A stretch of 20,000 nucleotides of DNA from an uncultured virus (IMG/VR IMGVR_UViG_3300016472_001095). Taxonomy: Duplodnaviria > Heunggongvirae > Uroviricota > Caudoviricetes. The notes beneath the pieces were generated by a model that saw only the letters and a program-made list of their open reading frames with translations, was not told where the DNA came from and did not search any database. The stretch is from IMG/VR virus record IMGVR_UViG_3300016472_001095. One strand, given 5' to 3'. This document shows, piece after piece, positions 1-8,468 of this stretch; the stretch's first letter is position 1; every line of letters begins with the position of its first letter. A program made the position numbers and the translations under genes.

Positions 1-673
1 GAGGAGTACGAGTTACCGTTGCTGAAGGAGTGGGCGTAGGAGCGGTCGTACCAGAAACTGTGATTGATGGTGTTATTGTTGGTGTTATTGAAGACGTAGG
101 AGTAACTGTAGGAGCGGGGGTTCTTGAAGGAGTAATTGAAGGTGTTTGTGTAGGTGTTCTAGACGGGGTTGGTGTAACGGTCGGAGTAGATGAAGGAGTT
201 GTAGTATTTGTAGGAGACTGTGTAGGCGTTTTAGTAGGTGAAGGAGAATGAGTTGGCGTAGAAGTGCACGTTGGTGAATGTGTAGGCGTTGTTGTTGGTG
301 ATAGTGTTGGAGTTGGGGTTAATGTGTTAGAAGCTGAAGGCGTCAATGGGAAAGGCGTGGTTGTAGGAGTTAGCGTATTTGTAGGTGTTGTTGTTGGTGA
401 TAGTGTTGGGGTAGAAGTATTAGTCGGGGTATTAGATGGAGTTACAGTATTAGTGGGAGAGATTGAAGGTGTTATAGTACTGGTAGGTGTTACAGAAGGC
501 GATATAGAGACTGTTGGAGTAGGAGTTTTTGTAGGAGTAACTGTAGGTGTTAATGTGGGGGTATTTGATGCAGTTGGCGTAGGGGAAGGCAGCAGAGGCG
601 TTACAGGAATAGCTCCAAAACTCCTTTTAATAACAAGTTTTTCTCCCTTTCTTACAGTAAAGTTATAGGCCAT
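1..673 (-). CDS. Pro/Thr/Ser-repeat (mucin-like) late protein, 5' part; runs off the left edge
   Basis: Not in the ORF track. ATG at 673, open to the edge (checked by hand): [53 protein letters not shown]...; TAAATA (680-685, minus strand) lies 6 nt upstream. Confidence 0.9.
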   Translation of the reverse strand, partial: MAYNFTVRKGEKLVIKRSFGAIPVTPLLPSPTPTASNTPTLTPTVTPTKTPTPTVSISPSVTPTSTITPSISPTNTVTPSNTPTNTSTPTLSPTTTPTNTLTPTTTPFPLTPSASNTLTPTPTLSPTTTPTHSPTCTSTPTHSPSPTKTPTQSPTNTTTPSSTPTVTPTPSRTPTQTPSITPSRTPAPTVTPTSSITPTITPSITVSGTTAPTPTPSATVTRTP

Positions 674-762
674 CTAATTTATTTATGCATGGTTTTAATA
701 TTAATACTACATGTCTACAACTAAATACCAAGCATTGTGAGAAATAAGAATAAGTATTAATA

Positions 763-981
763 ATGAATATAGATATTTTATCTGCTAAACAGAAAGAAGT
801 GTATAATTTATTAAAAGATCGTTTTGAAAGTGAAAATCAATTTCAACTGTGGCTTTCTATGCCTAACAAACTTTTTAGAAATAAAACACCTATTGATACT
901 CTACTTTCAAATAGTTTTGAATATTTTGACAGATATTTTGGCGACTTAAAAAATGAATACTATCACAAAACAGAAGTATAA
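763..981 (+). CDS. Stand-alone Xre/MbcA/ParS-type antitoxin toxin-binding domain (DUF2384-like)
   Basis: FESENQFQLWLSMPNKLFRNKTPIDTLL fits the F-x-x-x-x-x-A-x-x-WL-x-x-PN-x-x-L-x-G-x-TP-x-x-LL pattern; no N-terminal HTH; TAAGTA 6 nt upstream. Confidence 0.7.
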   Translation: MNIDILSAKQKEVYNLLKDRFESENQFQLWLSMPNKLFRNKTPIDTLLSNSFEYFDRYFGDLKNEYYHKTEV

Positions 982-2059
982 TACTATATTTGGTTTTGAT
1001 ACTTCACATAAAGTATCAGCTAGAGCTATAGATATAATATATTGGATAATTATGGGAGCAGCTTATGCTTTTGCTTACCATGCTTTAGATCTAGTATTAC
1101 ATTCTTGGAATTGGTTTCTCGTAGCTATGACAGCTCTAGGAGTAGTAGGCCTTCCATACTGTGTAAAGATTATTTTATTTGGAAGAGATGAATTTCCTAA
1201 AAAAGCAGCCATCTTGTGTATGTTTCTAAGTCTTCTACCTGCAATTTTTGATTTCACAGGGCTATATGCTGAAACAGGATTACAAGATAGCTTAAAGCTA
1301 AGTAAAGTACAGATTTTAGAACAAATTAATAATTTTGAAGCTGCTAGTAAAAAAGCAGCACAAGTGCAGGAAGATCAAATAAAAGAAAATGAAAGAGTGA
1401 GGCTTGCTGAAATTGAAGCTTCTCACTCTAGAAAATTAGAAGATATAAATAGACAGATTAATGAGGCCAATCAAAAAGTTATTGATGAAAAAACTGGAGT
1501 AAAGGCTGATTTTTCTACAGGAAAAGTAGGTGAAGGGCCTAGAGCTAAAGAACTTCAAGCAGCAGTAAGAAGGTTGCAAAGTGAAGCAGAAATAGAAAAA
1601 GATTCATCTCGTGAAAAAATTTTAAGAGAAGAAAATCTTGCTCGACAGCAAACTAAAGATGAGGTAAAGAAGCTTCAAGTTGCCAATAAATTAATAGAAG
1701 AAAAGTTTTCTGATATTAAAAAAGAGGTTAACAAAGCTCATAATTTCGGAGAATTAGAGCTAGCTAATATCCAGGTTAACGGGCTAATTTCATCCGTTGC
1801 TTCTAAAGTAAATGTTGAATTTAAAGCTACTGAAATTTCAGGATCTGATAATATTATACGCCTTGCATTTGAAGGACTTTTAAAATTAGAAGTAACTGCA
1901 GTTGTATGCCTTTTGCTTGCACTTTTGATGGAAATAGGTGATATAGTTATTGTATATACAATAAGACATAAGAGAGAAGTTAAGGTTGATAAAAAAATAG
2001 AAGAAGTTGCACTTCCAGTAAGAGTAGCTATGTTTAAGAAAACATATGAAGGTTATTAG
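953..2059 (+). CDS. Membrane protein with long coiled coil (DUF4407-like)
   Basis: Three N-terminal hydrophobic segments, charged coiled coil containing EKTG...STGKVGEGPRA, and a C-terminal TM segment. Confidence 0.6.
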   Translation: MNTITKQKYNTIFGFDTSHKVSARAIDIIYWIIMGAAYAFAYHALDLVLHSWNWFLVAMTALGVVGLPYCVKIILFGRDEFPKKAAILCMFLSLLPAIFDFTGLYAETGLQDSLKLSKVQILEQINNFEAASKKAAQVQEDQIKENERVRLAEIEASHSRKLEDINRQINEANQKVIDEKTGVKADFSTGKVGEGPRAKELQAAVRRLQSEAEIEKDSSREKILREENLARQQTKDEVKKLQVANKLIEEKFSDIKKEVNKAHNFGELELANIQVNGLISSVASKVNVEFKATEISGSDNIIRLAFEGLLKLEVTAVVCLLLALLMEIGDIVIVYTIRHKREVKVDKKIEEVALPVRVAMFKKTYEGY

Positions 2060-2300
2060 AAAATTTTTGATGTGTTCATGCACATCTGAATCTATAGTTT
2101 TAGAGAAGTTTGATGGTGAAGACGAAATATATTTATCTATCTTTGGACGCGGATTAAATTTAAAGAGATATAATATTTTAGACAGATTTAGACATGTTTG
2201 GCAGATTATTAAGACCGGGTTTCCTTATACCGATGAAATTGTTTTAACTAAAAGAGATGCTAAAACTCTTGCAAAAGAAATTAATAATTTATGCAAATAA
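2046..2300 (+). CDS. Hypothetical phage protein (CxC motif)
   Basis: 84-aa ORF overlapping the upstream gene; CSCTSE...YLS...RHVWQII..G..Y.DEI.L. Confidence 0.75.
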   Translation: MKVIRKFLMCSCTSESIVLEKFDGEDEIYLSIFGRGLNLKRYNILDRFRHVWQIIKTGFPYTDEIVLTKRDAKTLAKEINNLCK

Positions 2301-2503
2301 AGATTCTAAATAGAGGCCATCTATTAATAGCCTTTACTACCCCGGATTTTTTAATAATAAGAAAAGACGAAAATGGAGATATTGAAATTGGTCCTTATTT
2401 ATCTAATGCTGATTCAGGTATTTTTTATAGTAAATACGATTTTGGAAATATGCTCAAAATAAAGGTTTTAGGTTTTGGAATAGATATTTGGTGGATAGTT
2501 TAG
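2291..2503 (+). CDS. Hypothetical protein
   Basis: 70-aa ORF coupled to the upstream gene; stop overlaps the convergent gene. Confidence 0.65.
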   Translation: MQIKILNRGHLLIAFTTPDFLIIRKDENGDIEIGPYLSNADSGIFYSKYDFGNMLKIKVLGFGIDIWWIV

Positions 2504-2721
2504 ATAGGTACAACCATAGTGTAAGGAGAGACAGTATATCCTTGAGGTATCTGAGACCAAACATCCTTATCATTAACTTTTAATTTTCTATCTCCACCTA
2601 TTACAGCAGAGCAGTTAGTACACCTAATTAACCTTAAATTTTTATAGATATTATCTAAACCAGGTATTCTAAATTTCTGACCATAATCTAAAAAGTTAAG
2701 AGGTACTTCTTTATTTTCCAT
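2500..2721 (-). CDS. Hypothetical protein
   Basis: 73-aa ORF; own TTGTAT-N16-TATAAT promoter 6 nt before ATG. Confidence 0.75.
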   Translation of the reverse strand: MENKEVPLNFLDYGQKFRIPGLDNIYKNLRLIRCTNCSAVIGGDRKLKVNDKDVWSQIPQGYTVSPYTMVVPI

Positions 2722-2790
2722 TCCTATATTATATAGGTTATAAAATAAAATACAAGCTTGACTTTATTTAATTTTATTCTAAAATAAATT
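2722..2790. promoter_or_regulatory. Divergent pair of sigma70-type promoters
   Basis: Plus strand TTGACT(2758-2763)-N16-TAAAAT(2780-2785)-N5-ATG; minus strand TTGTAT-N16-TATAAT-N6-ATG(2721); both TTG come from palindrome CAAGCTTG 2753-2760. Confidence 0.75.
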
Positions 2791-3108
2791 ATGACTCTTT
2801 GCGAGCTAGCAAAAGAAATAGAATTAGCCGCAAAAAATAGCGGAGTAGAAATCTTTATTGACGATACAACTCTTAATCATAACTTTATACCTATTGTAAA
2901 TGAGCAAGGAATAGTAGGGGCTATAGGTCAATATTTAGAAGACAAAAAAATTAAGACAGGATATTTTATATTAAACCATAATATAGTTAGATATGGATTG
3001 AGCGAAGGGTTTTCTAAGGATGAATTATTCGACAGCTTTAAAGATAAAATCTTTACTGAAACAGGCAAAGAAAAGTTTTTTTCTATTATGACTGAAAAAA
3101 AATATTGA
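2791..3108 (+). CDS. Hypothetical protein
   Basis: 105-aa ORF directly after a promoter. Confidence 0.8.
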   Translation: MTLCELAKEIELAAKNSGVEIFIDDTTLNHNFIPIVNEQGIVGAIGQYLEDKKIKTGYFILNHNIVRYGLSEGFSKDELFDSFKDKIFTETGKEKFFSIMTEKKY

Positions 3109-3132
3109 TTTAAAACCTTTTATAGTTATAAT
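3105..3132 (+). promoter_or_regulatory. Sigma70-type promoter
   Basis: TTGATT(3105-3110)-N16-TATAAT(3127-3132)-N5-ATG. Confidence 0.75.
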
Positions 3133-3137
3133 AAGTT

Positions 3138-3332
3138 ATGTCTAAAATAAACCCTACAAAATTACAAAAATTAATTAATAAAGGTAGATTAGTTCCTATT
3201 TTGTCTGTGAATAAGGAAGGAAAAAATGTTCTTTTAGGATATCGCCGTAAAACTTTGAGAAGCTCTAAGGCACATGAGCAATATATGTTTGCTGAGCCTA
3301 TGTTATTAGAAAAACCAGTTGATCCTTCTTAA
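3138..3332 (+). CDS. Small basic hypothetical protein
   Basis: 64-aa Lys/Arg-rich ORF with its own promoter. Confidence 0.75.
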   Translation: MSKINPTKLQKLINKGRLVPILSVNKEGKNVLLGYRRKTLRSSKAHEQYMFAEPMLLEKPVDPS

Positions 3333-3367
3333 TTATACTTTATTATTATTATTAAATGAAGGGAGGT
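3319..3367 (+). promoter_or_regulatory. Sigma70-type promoter and strong Shine-Dalgarno
   Basis: TTGATC(3319-3324)-N16-TATTAT(3341-3346); GGAGGT at 3362-3367, 9 nt before ATG 3377. Confidence 0.65.
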
Positions 3368-3376
3368 AAGAATATA

Positions 3377-3580
3377 ATGAGTGATATCAATTACAATAGC
3401 CGCGATCTCCGTCCGAAGACGTTCTTCGTCAAGATCGAACGCAGCCGTAATGGCCAGTTCACAGTTAAGCGCGCCAAGTTGCTCGAGCAGTCTAATCAGT
3501 TTGCTCGTTCCATCCGTCGCGTGGACGCTCGTGATCTAACCCGTGCAATTAACCGCACTGGTGGTCTTAACGTTGCCTAA
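3377..3580 (+). CDS. Small Arg-rich protein with GC-rich codon usage
   Basis: Start moved from 3356 to ATG 3377 because of the SD; 67 aa with 11 Arg, all CGY codons; about 52% GC by hand count. Confidence 0.85.
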   Translation: MSDINYNSRDLRPKTFFVKIERSRNGQFTVKRAKLLEQSNQFARSIRRVDARDLTRAINRTGGLNVA

Positions 3581-3596
3581 TTTTAACGTTGAAATT

Positions 3597-3635
3597 AGAG
3601 CGCCGTTACTCTTTGAGTGCGGCGTTCTTTTTTTT
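3597..3635 (+). terminator. Rho-independent terminator
   Basis: agagcgccg-tt-actc/ttt/gagt-g-cggcgttct hairpin followed by a T run. Confidence 0.85.
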
Positions 3636-3651
3636 GTTCAAGAGAATTTAC

Positions 3652-3679
3652 TTGTACTGTCTAAATTATCAACTATAAT
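3652..3679 (+). promoter_or_regulatory. Sigma70-type promoter
   Basis: TTGTAC(3652-3657)-N16-TATAAT(3674-3679)-N6-ATG. Confidence 0.75.
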
Positions 3680-3685
3680 ATTTAA

Positions 3686-3985
3686 ATGCTTAACAAAGAT
3701 GAAATAAATGCCAGGCTTAAAAAAAGTTTACAAGGCAAAACACCTAAGCTAAAATGCCTAGTTACTGGATTAGAGCGGCTTACGAGCTCAGATTATTTAA
3801 AAACTAAAGAAGAAAAATTTGGATCTATTAAAAATTATCTAGATAACTATATTAGTAGAGAAGCAGTGAAGCTTCTTAAAGAAAAAAGATCGGTTATTGA
3901 TATTAAAAATGAATTAAACCCTAATGGAGATTTTATACCTTGTGAATCAGCCATTAATGAGGCAAAAAAATATTATGAAATATAA
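3686..3985 (+). CDS. Hypothetical protein, paralogue of 16713-17039, possible C-terminal HTH
   Basis: TPKLKCLVTGLERLT...NYISREAVKLLKEKRSVIDIKNEL aligns by eye with the 16713 protein. Confidence 0.85.
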   Translation: MLNKDEINARLKKSLQGKTPKLKCLVTGLERLTSSDYLKTKEEKFGSIKNYLDNYISREAVKLLKEKRSVIDIKNELNPNGDFIPCESAINEAKKYYEI

Positions 3986-4193
3986 AGAACCCCCCTTTCC
4001 TATCGGTTTAAAAAAACCTAAGATAGATTTACCTCCAGAAAAACTTCGTAATCGTTTTGGCCGCATGGTTTATGGTCATAAGACCGCAGGGGCTATTGAA
4101 GTAATGACTAAAGAGTGTTGGGACAGTAATAAGAAATATTTTGTTCCAAATGGAGCAAGAAGCTGTGTAAAGAATTTTTCAAAAGTTACTTGA
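3975..4193 (+). CDS. Hypothetical protein
   Basis: Likely start ATG 3975 (MKYKEPPFP...), which minimises the overlap with the upstream gene. Confidence 0.65.
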   Translation: MKYKEPPFPIGLKKPKIDLPPEKLRNRFGRMVYGHKTAGAIEVMTKECWDSNKKYFVPNGARSCVKNFSKVT

Positions 4194-4218
4194 CCTGTAT
4201 TTAAATTTCATTTATATT
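4190..4218 (+). promoter_or_regulatory. Sigma70-type promoter
   Basis: TTGACC(4190-4195)-N17-TATATT(4213-4218)-N5-ATG. Confidence 0.65.
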
Positions 4219-4223
4219 AAATT

Positions 4224-4484
4224 ATGGAAAAAATATATTATTGTTCAGTATCAGGTGAACCTCTTCCAGGTTCTAGAGTAGAAGCACTTAAAATGTTAGG
4301 TATTCCTGAAAATATGTGGACTGCTGTTAAACATAGTAAGATTAGACGTAATAAAGGCATATATTTTGGCGAACAAGGTTCGGGTAAATTAATTATCGCT
4401 TCTAAAATTTATTCAGATAATATCTCAAACCTGGATGAAGCGCTTACGGAGCAAGAAAAGCGTGACAAAACGTTGGCGAGTTAA
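4224..4484 (+). CDS. Hypothetical protein with degenerate DksA/TraR-like N-terminal motif
   Basis: CSVSGEPLPGSRVEAL...P resembles CxxCGxxIPxxRLxAxP but retains only one Cys. Confidence 0.55.
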   Translation: MEKIYYCSVSGEPLPGSRVEALKMLGIPENMWTAVKHSKIRRNKGIYFGEQGSGKLIIASKIYSDNISNLDEALTEQEKRDKTLAS

Positions 4485-4773
4485 AACAGGCACTATAGAT
4501 ATTGTTGGCGTAGAAGCTGACAACCCTATGGAAGCTGCAACAAAAGTTTTTGATCAATTAAAAGAAGACGCTAAAGTAGAAACAGAAAATAGACTTTTTA
4601 GAATCGGGGTTGTAATTGAATGTAGTGATATAGATAGATGTAGGCAAGATCCAGCCAATAATACCTTTTATGTTTTATCTTCAAAAGTTCTAGCTAATGC
4701 AGGGCTGCATAGTCTATGCAAAGATATGGAAACATTTATGAAGGAGAATATTGATGAAGAGGAAAGACTATAA
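4435..4773 (+). CDS. Hypothetical protein
   Basis: 112-aa ORF in a coupled run; start uncertain (GTG 4462 is an alternative). Confidence 0.75.
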   Translation: MKRLRSKKSVTKRWRVKTGTIDIVGVEADNPMEAATKVFDQLKEDAKVETENRLFRIGVVIECSDIDRCRQDPANNTFYVLSSKVLANAGLHSLCKDMETFMKENIDEEERL

Positions 4774-5032
4774 CGAAGTAACAAATAAGATAGTTTCTGT
4801 TGAACAAGTATTATCTAGAGGCAATAGAGTGCCTTCTATAGAGCTTGTGTTTAAAACAGACGGTTTTAATAGAGTGGGAGGGCACAAGGTTTATATAGAT
4901 TTTAAATGTGCAAAAGAATTATTAGAAAAATTAAAGGTTGAAACCACATCTATTGAATCTAAATATTTTCCGGGTGAGTACTATGATAAACTTACAAAGC
5001 CCCTCGAAACGCTGCTTTTCAACAGAGATTAG
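4751..5032 (+). CDS. Hypothetical protein
   Basis: 93-aa ORF; AAGGAG at 4741-4746 upstream. Confidence 0.75.
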   Translation: MMKRKDYNEVTNKIVSVEQVLSRGNRVPSIELVFKTDGFNRVGGHKVYIDFKCAKELLEKLKVETTSIESKYFPGEYYDKLTKPLETLLFNRD

Positions 5033-5036
5033 TAAG

Positions 5037-5258
5037 TTGGATTTAGATACCTTAATAGACAGACAAAAAGATATAGAGAAATACCTTGAGTATGGTTTTT
5101 GCTCAACGTGGATGGTTTTTAAAGAGGGTAAAGGTATTTTTAGTTTAAAATATTGGGATTCTTATGATATAATGAGATATCAAAGGCTGTTAATGATGGA
5201 ATTGTTAGATAGATGTAAAAAATTTGACTTATATCCAAAAATAAAATTTTATTTTTAA
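5037..5258 (+). CDS. Hypothetical protein
   Basis: Frame of track ORF 4938-5258; in-frame TTG 5037 chosen to avoid a 95-nt overlap; start uncertain. Confidence 0.55.
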   Translation: MDLDTLIDRQKDIEKYLEYGFCSTWMVFKEGKGIFSLKYWDSYDIMRYQRLLMMELLDRCKKFDLYPKIKFYF

Positions 5259-6532
5259 ATTCTTCCCATATTCCAATACGTCTTACCACCTATTACAGCT
5301 GAGACCTCATCACTATAAGTTGAATACGGGAGAATAATAGTAGAGCTCAAAGGCGGATTTGCGCTTCTTGATTCACCTTTATAAGCCGATACAAAAAACA
5401 TATTAGAAATATTATCTATTCTACATGCAAGCCCATAATTAAGAGAGGCATTACCTGCATGAAGAAGCCCAACTATCTTCCACGCACTTGTTTCTGGGTT
5501 TGTAGAATTTACGCATCCATAAACAAAAGAACCAGAGTCGCCTCCGGAAGCTACGTAGACATCAGTTGTCGGGCTATCAAATTGAATCATATCTATAAAA
5601 TAAAGTGTATATGAACCAAAATTAATATTTCCGTTTACCGAATTTGCAGTAATTCTTATATCACAACTTCCGTTTCCAACGGGACCTAAAGTTCTACCTG
5701 ATCTAAATAAAGGATCGTTAAGCGTTAAACTGTTTATTTCACTTGTAGTTGCAAAATCTGGGGGCGTATTAAATGGAGCGCACAAAGGATACCAACAAGT
5801 ATTATCTACCACTGTATTGTTAAGATTTATTAATGCAGTATCTATTATATTGTTACCTACATCTCTAAAAGGCATTGCTCTCTTAAGGGATCCTATAAGA
5901 TGTGTTGTACTATTTACCGTGGGGTAAGTGTCCCAAGAACTGGGACTATAAAAACTTACATTACTATAAGCACTAGCCTTTGCACCAAATGTAGAATCGC
6001 TTGTGATAGTAAATGGCAGACCGGCTTGAGGATCTGTGCCTCCCGCAACAGCTCCAACATGACAATTGGTCATTCCTACTATAGCTCCATCCATCATATC
6101 AACCACCATTCCTCCTAAGGTGCCTGTTCCAACAAACCCAGATTGAGGGGGGGTTCCGCCTGACATGCCTCCGCTAAGAGGTCTACTAAATGATCTATTA
6201 GATCTTACAGGTTCTGGAGCCAATGGCATAGGAACAGCAACTGCTCCTGAATCATTACAATAAGAAGGCATTGCCTCGTTAATACCAACAATTTCGTAAA
6301 CATCCGTTTCAATTTGTTCACCGTCTAAATCAATAATTTTTGGAATAATTTTAGAAGAATCTAGTTCATTAAGAGGTTTTTTAGATTTAACTCCAAACCT
6401 AAGACATTTCTTATCTGTTAAAATACCATTAGTGCTTTTATATCCAAGGCCTGTTTCAATAGCATCATAGCCGTTATTTCTAAATAACGATATAGCATAT
6501 TCTCTAGCTTTTTGTAGTGTTATTTCATTCAT
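5255..6532 (-). CDS. Trypsin-like serine protease (PA clan, Nal1-like) with N-terminal pro-domain
   Basis: GTLGG...MTNCHV (His), IDTALI (Asp), GGDSGS (Ser), IVGLLHAG; N-terminal GLGYK..NG......LRFGVKSKKPL.EL....IIP...ETDVYE. Confidence 0.88.
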   Translation of the reverse strand: MNEITLQKAREYAISLFRNNGYDAIETGLGYKSTNGILTDKKCLRFGVKSKKPLNELDSSKIIPKIIDLDGEQIETDVYEIVGINEAMPSYCNDSGAVAVPMPLAPEPVRSNRSFSRPLSGGMSGGTPPQSGFVGTGTLGGMVVDMMDGAIVGMTNCHVGAVAGGTDPQAGLPFTITSDSTFGAKASAYSNVSFYSPSSWDTYPTVNSTTHLIGSLKRAMPFRDVGNNIIDTALINLNNTVVDNTCWYPLCAPFNTPPDFATTSEINSLTLNDPLFRSGRTLGPVGNGSCDIRITANSVNGNINFGSYTLYFIDMIQFDSPTTDVYVASGGDSGSFVYGCVNSTNPETSAWKIVGLLHAGNASLNYGLACRIDNISNMFFVSAYKGESRSANPPLSSTIILPYSTYSDEVSAVIGGKTYWNMGRI

Positions 6533-8159
6533 AAGTTACAAATAAAACACCTTGCCCGGGAGCTATAACATTTGGTGATGAAGATGTGATAGTCGGTGTA
6601 GGTGTAGGTGTAGGAGCCGGGCATATACCTTCAATTATTACAGGAGCGGGGTTATAGCCGGGATCGTAAGATACCCACCCCTCTTGAGGTGGTACACTGC
6701 TTTGAGAGTTATTATAATAATAAATATTAAACATTGGATATCCGCGGATATACCAAGTGCCTGATACTCTGACAATCTGATAACTACCAAAAGGATCTAC
6801 TGAATACCAATAATATTCTCTACCAAAATAGGAAAGATTGACTTGTGCTACCCCGGCTCCAGTAACACAATAATAGCTTACAGGTGTGATTGAAGGTGTT
6901 GGGGTGTTTGTAGGTGTTTCTGAATGCGTAGGCGTGTTAGTAGGTGTTTCTGATGGCGTAGCAGTATTGGAAGGTGTAATAGAAGGAGTAATTGTATTAG
7001 AAGGTGTGACGGAAGGTGTAACCGTAGGAGTAGGTGTTTTAGTAATATAGTTTTCAACTTCATCAAAATTTTCAATTATAAAAATAGTTTGAGAGGGCGT
7101 GGGAGTTACCGTGGGGGTATTTGTTGAAGAAGGTGTTATTGTAGAAGTAGGTGTTTCTGTAGGTGTATGGGTTGGCGTTCCCGTGGGTGTATCCGATGTT
7201 GTAGGTGTATGTGTTGGTGTTTCCGTAGGAGTAAGCGTAGGTGTCTCTGAAGGTGTAACTGTAGAAGTTGGTGTTTGTGAGGGGCAAGGTCCCGTGTAAA
7301 GTATAATTGATGAAGGTTCAAATATATCTACCAAGAGCCAATTAGTTGAGGGCGCTTCGAACGGGTATTGAATTGAAGTGGTATTTATATAAATTAAAAA
7401 TCCAAGATAAAAAATTGACCAATACCCATCTATCTGTTTATATTCTAAAGACCAACCGTTTTCATTTTCATAAAGAGTATCAGGAAGAGATACTGCAAGA
7501 TTTCTTACATAGTTTCCATTAGCATCACCGAACTCACAGTTAGTAATACAATAATTAGAAGGATAAAAGGGTGTTACTGTAGGGGTAGGAGAGGGCGTTG
7601 TTGTTGAAGTCTGCGTTATCGTCACTGTCGGTGTTACAGTTACTGTGGGAGTAGGCGTTTCAGTTGGAGTAAAAGTAGGAGTTACAGTTGCAGTAGGTGT
7701 TTCTGAAGAAGTAACTGTAGGAGTAGGTGTTTCCGTAGGTGTTTCCGTAGGTGTTACAGTAGGCGTTTTAGTATTAGTAGGTGTAACTGTTGTAGTGGGA
7801 GTAATTGTAGGAGTGAATGAAGGGGTGACAGTTACCGTTGGTGTCTGTGTAGATGTTACAGTTGCAGTAGGTGTTTCAGAGGATGTTATTGTGGGGGTAG
7901 GTGTTATTGTTGGTGTGGCTGTAGGTGTTTCCGTTGGTGTTTCTGTAGGTGTTACAGTAGGCGTTTTAGTATTAGTAGGTGTAACTGTTGTAGTGGGAGT
8001 AATTGTAGGAGTAGGTGTTCTCGTATGGGTAGGTTCTATAGTTTGTGTAGGAGAGTGAGAAGGAGTTTGAGTTGGCGGAAAACTAAAACCTACTCTAGAA
8101 CTTGCGCCTGCTAAAAGCCTGGTTCTGTAGGATAAGTGTCTCACCGATTTCATAAACAA
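6525..8159 (-). CDS. Pro/Thr/Ser-repeat protein with two small Tyr/Trp-rich domains (putative virion surface protein)
   Basis: Long (T/S)PTx tracts separating YCITNC...ANGNY...GPCP and YCVTGAG..QVN...PPQEGW...PAPV..GICP; TAAATA at 8166-8171 (minus); start is TTG 8159 or ATG 8153. Confidence 0.85.
   Translation of the reverse strand: MFMKSVRHLSYRTRLLAGASSRVGFSFPPTQTPSHSPTQTIEPTHTRTPTPTITPTTTVTPTNTKTPTVTPTETPTETPTATPTITPTPTITSSETPTATVTSTQTPTVTVTPSFTPTITPTTTVTPTNTKTPTVTPTETPTETPTPTVTSSETPTATVTPTFTPTETPTPTVTVTPTVTITQTSTTTPSPTPTVTPFYPSNYCITNCEFGDANGNYVRNLAVSLPDTLYENENGWSLEYKQIDGYWSIFYLGFLIYINTTSIQYPFEAPSTNWLLVDIFEPSSIILYTGPCPSQTPTSTVTPSETPTLTPTETPTHTPTTSDTPTGTPTHTPTETPTSTITPSSTNTPTVTPTPSQTIFIIENFDEVENYITKTPTPTVTPSVTPSNTITPSITPSNTATPSETPTNTPTHSETPTNTPTPSITPVSYYCVTGAGVAQVNLSYFGREYYWYSVDPFGSYQIVRVSGTWYIRGYPMFNIYYYNNSQSSVPPQEGWVSYDPGYNPAPVIIEGICPAPTPTPTPTITSSSPNVIAPGQGVLFVTYE
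7131..7257. repeat. 127-nt repeat, copy 1 (copy 2 at 12173-12299)
   Basis: Manual alignment gives 6 mismatches and no gaps. Confidence 0.9.
7747..8012. repeat. 68-nt exact direct repeat (7747-7814 and 7945-8012)
   Basis: gtaggtgttacagtaggcgttttagtattag...gtaggagt occurs twice, offset 198 nt. Confidence 0.9.
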
Positions 8160-8190
8160 TGTAATTATTTATTAAATACGGTGTTATGTA

Positions 8191-8460
8191 TCAATAAACG
8201 TAAATAACTCTATGAAGCTTCTTTTTATCAGGAAATTCTATTTTTATTTCATAATACCCGGTTTCTTCTCTCACTATAACCTCTTCATATGTACCTAAAG
8301 ATTTTGAACTCTCAAAAACCGTTTTTGCATAATCTATTGCCTCAGATTCTGTCAAATCTGAAGCATGTACTATATTAGATCCATTACTCTCATGCAACAC
8401 AGTAATACCATCACTATCAAAAACTTCACTATATTGATCATAAGAACCTACCTTTTTCAT
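8191..8460 (-). CDS. Hypothetical acidic late protein
   Basis: Start moved to ATG 8460, which lies 5 nt after TAAATA (8466-8471). Confidence 0.8.
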   Translation of the reverse strand: MKKVGSYDQYSEVFDSDGITVLHESNGSNIVHASDLTESEAIDYAKTVFESSKSLGTYEEVIVREETGYYEIKIEFPDKKKLHRVIYVY

Positions 8461-8468
8461 AATTTTAT

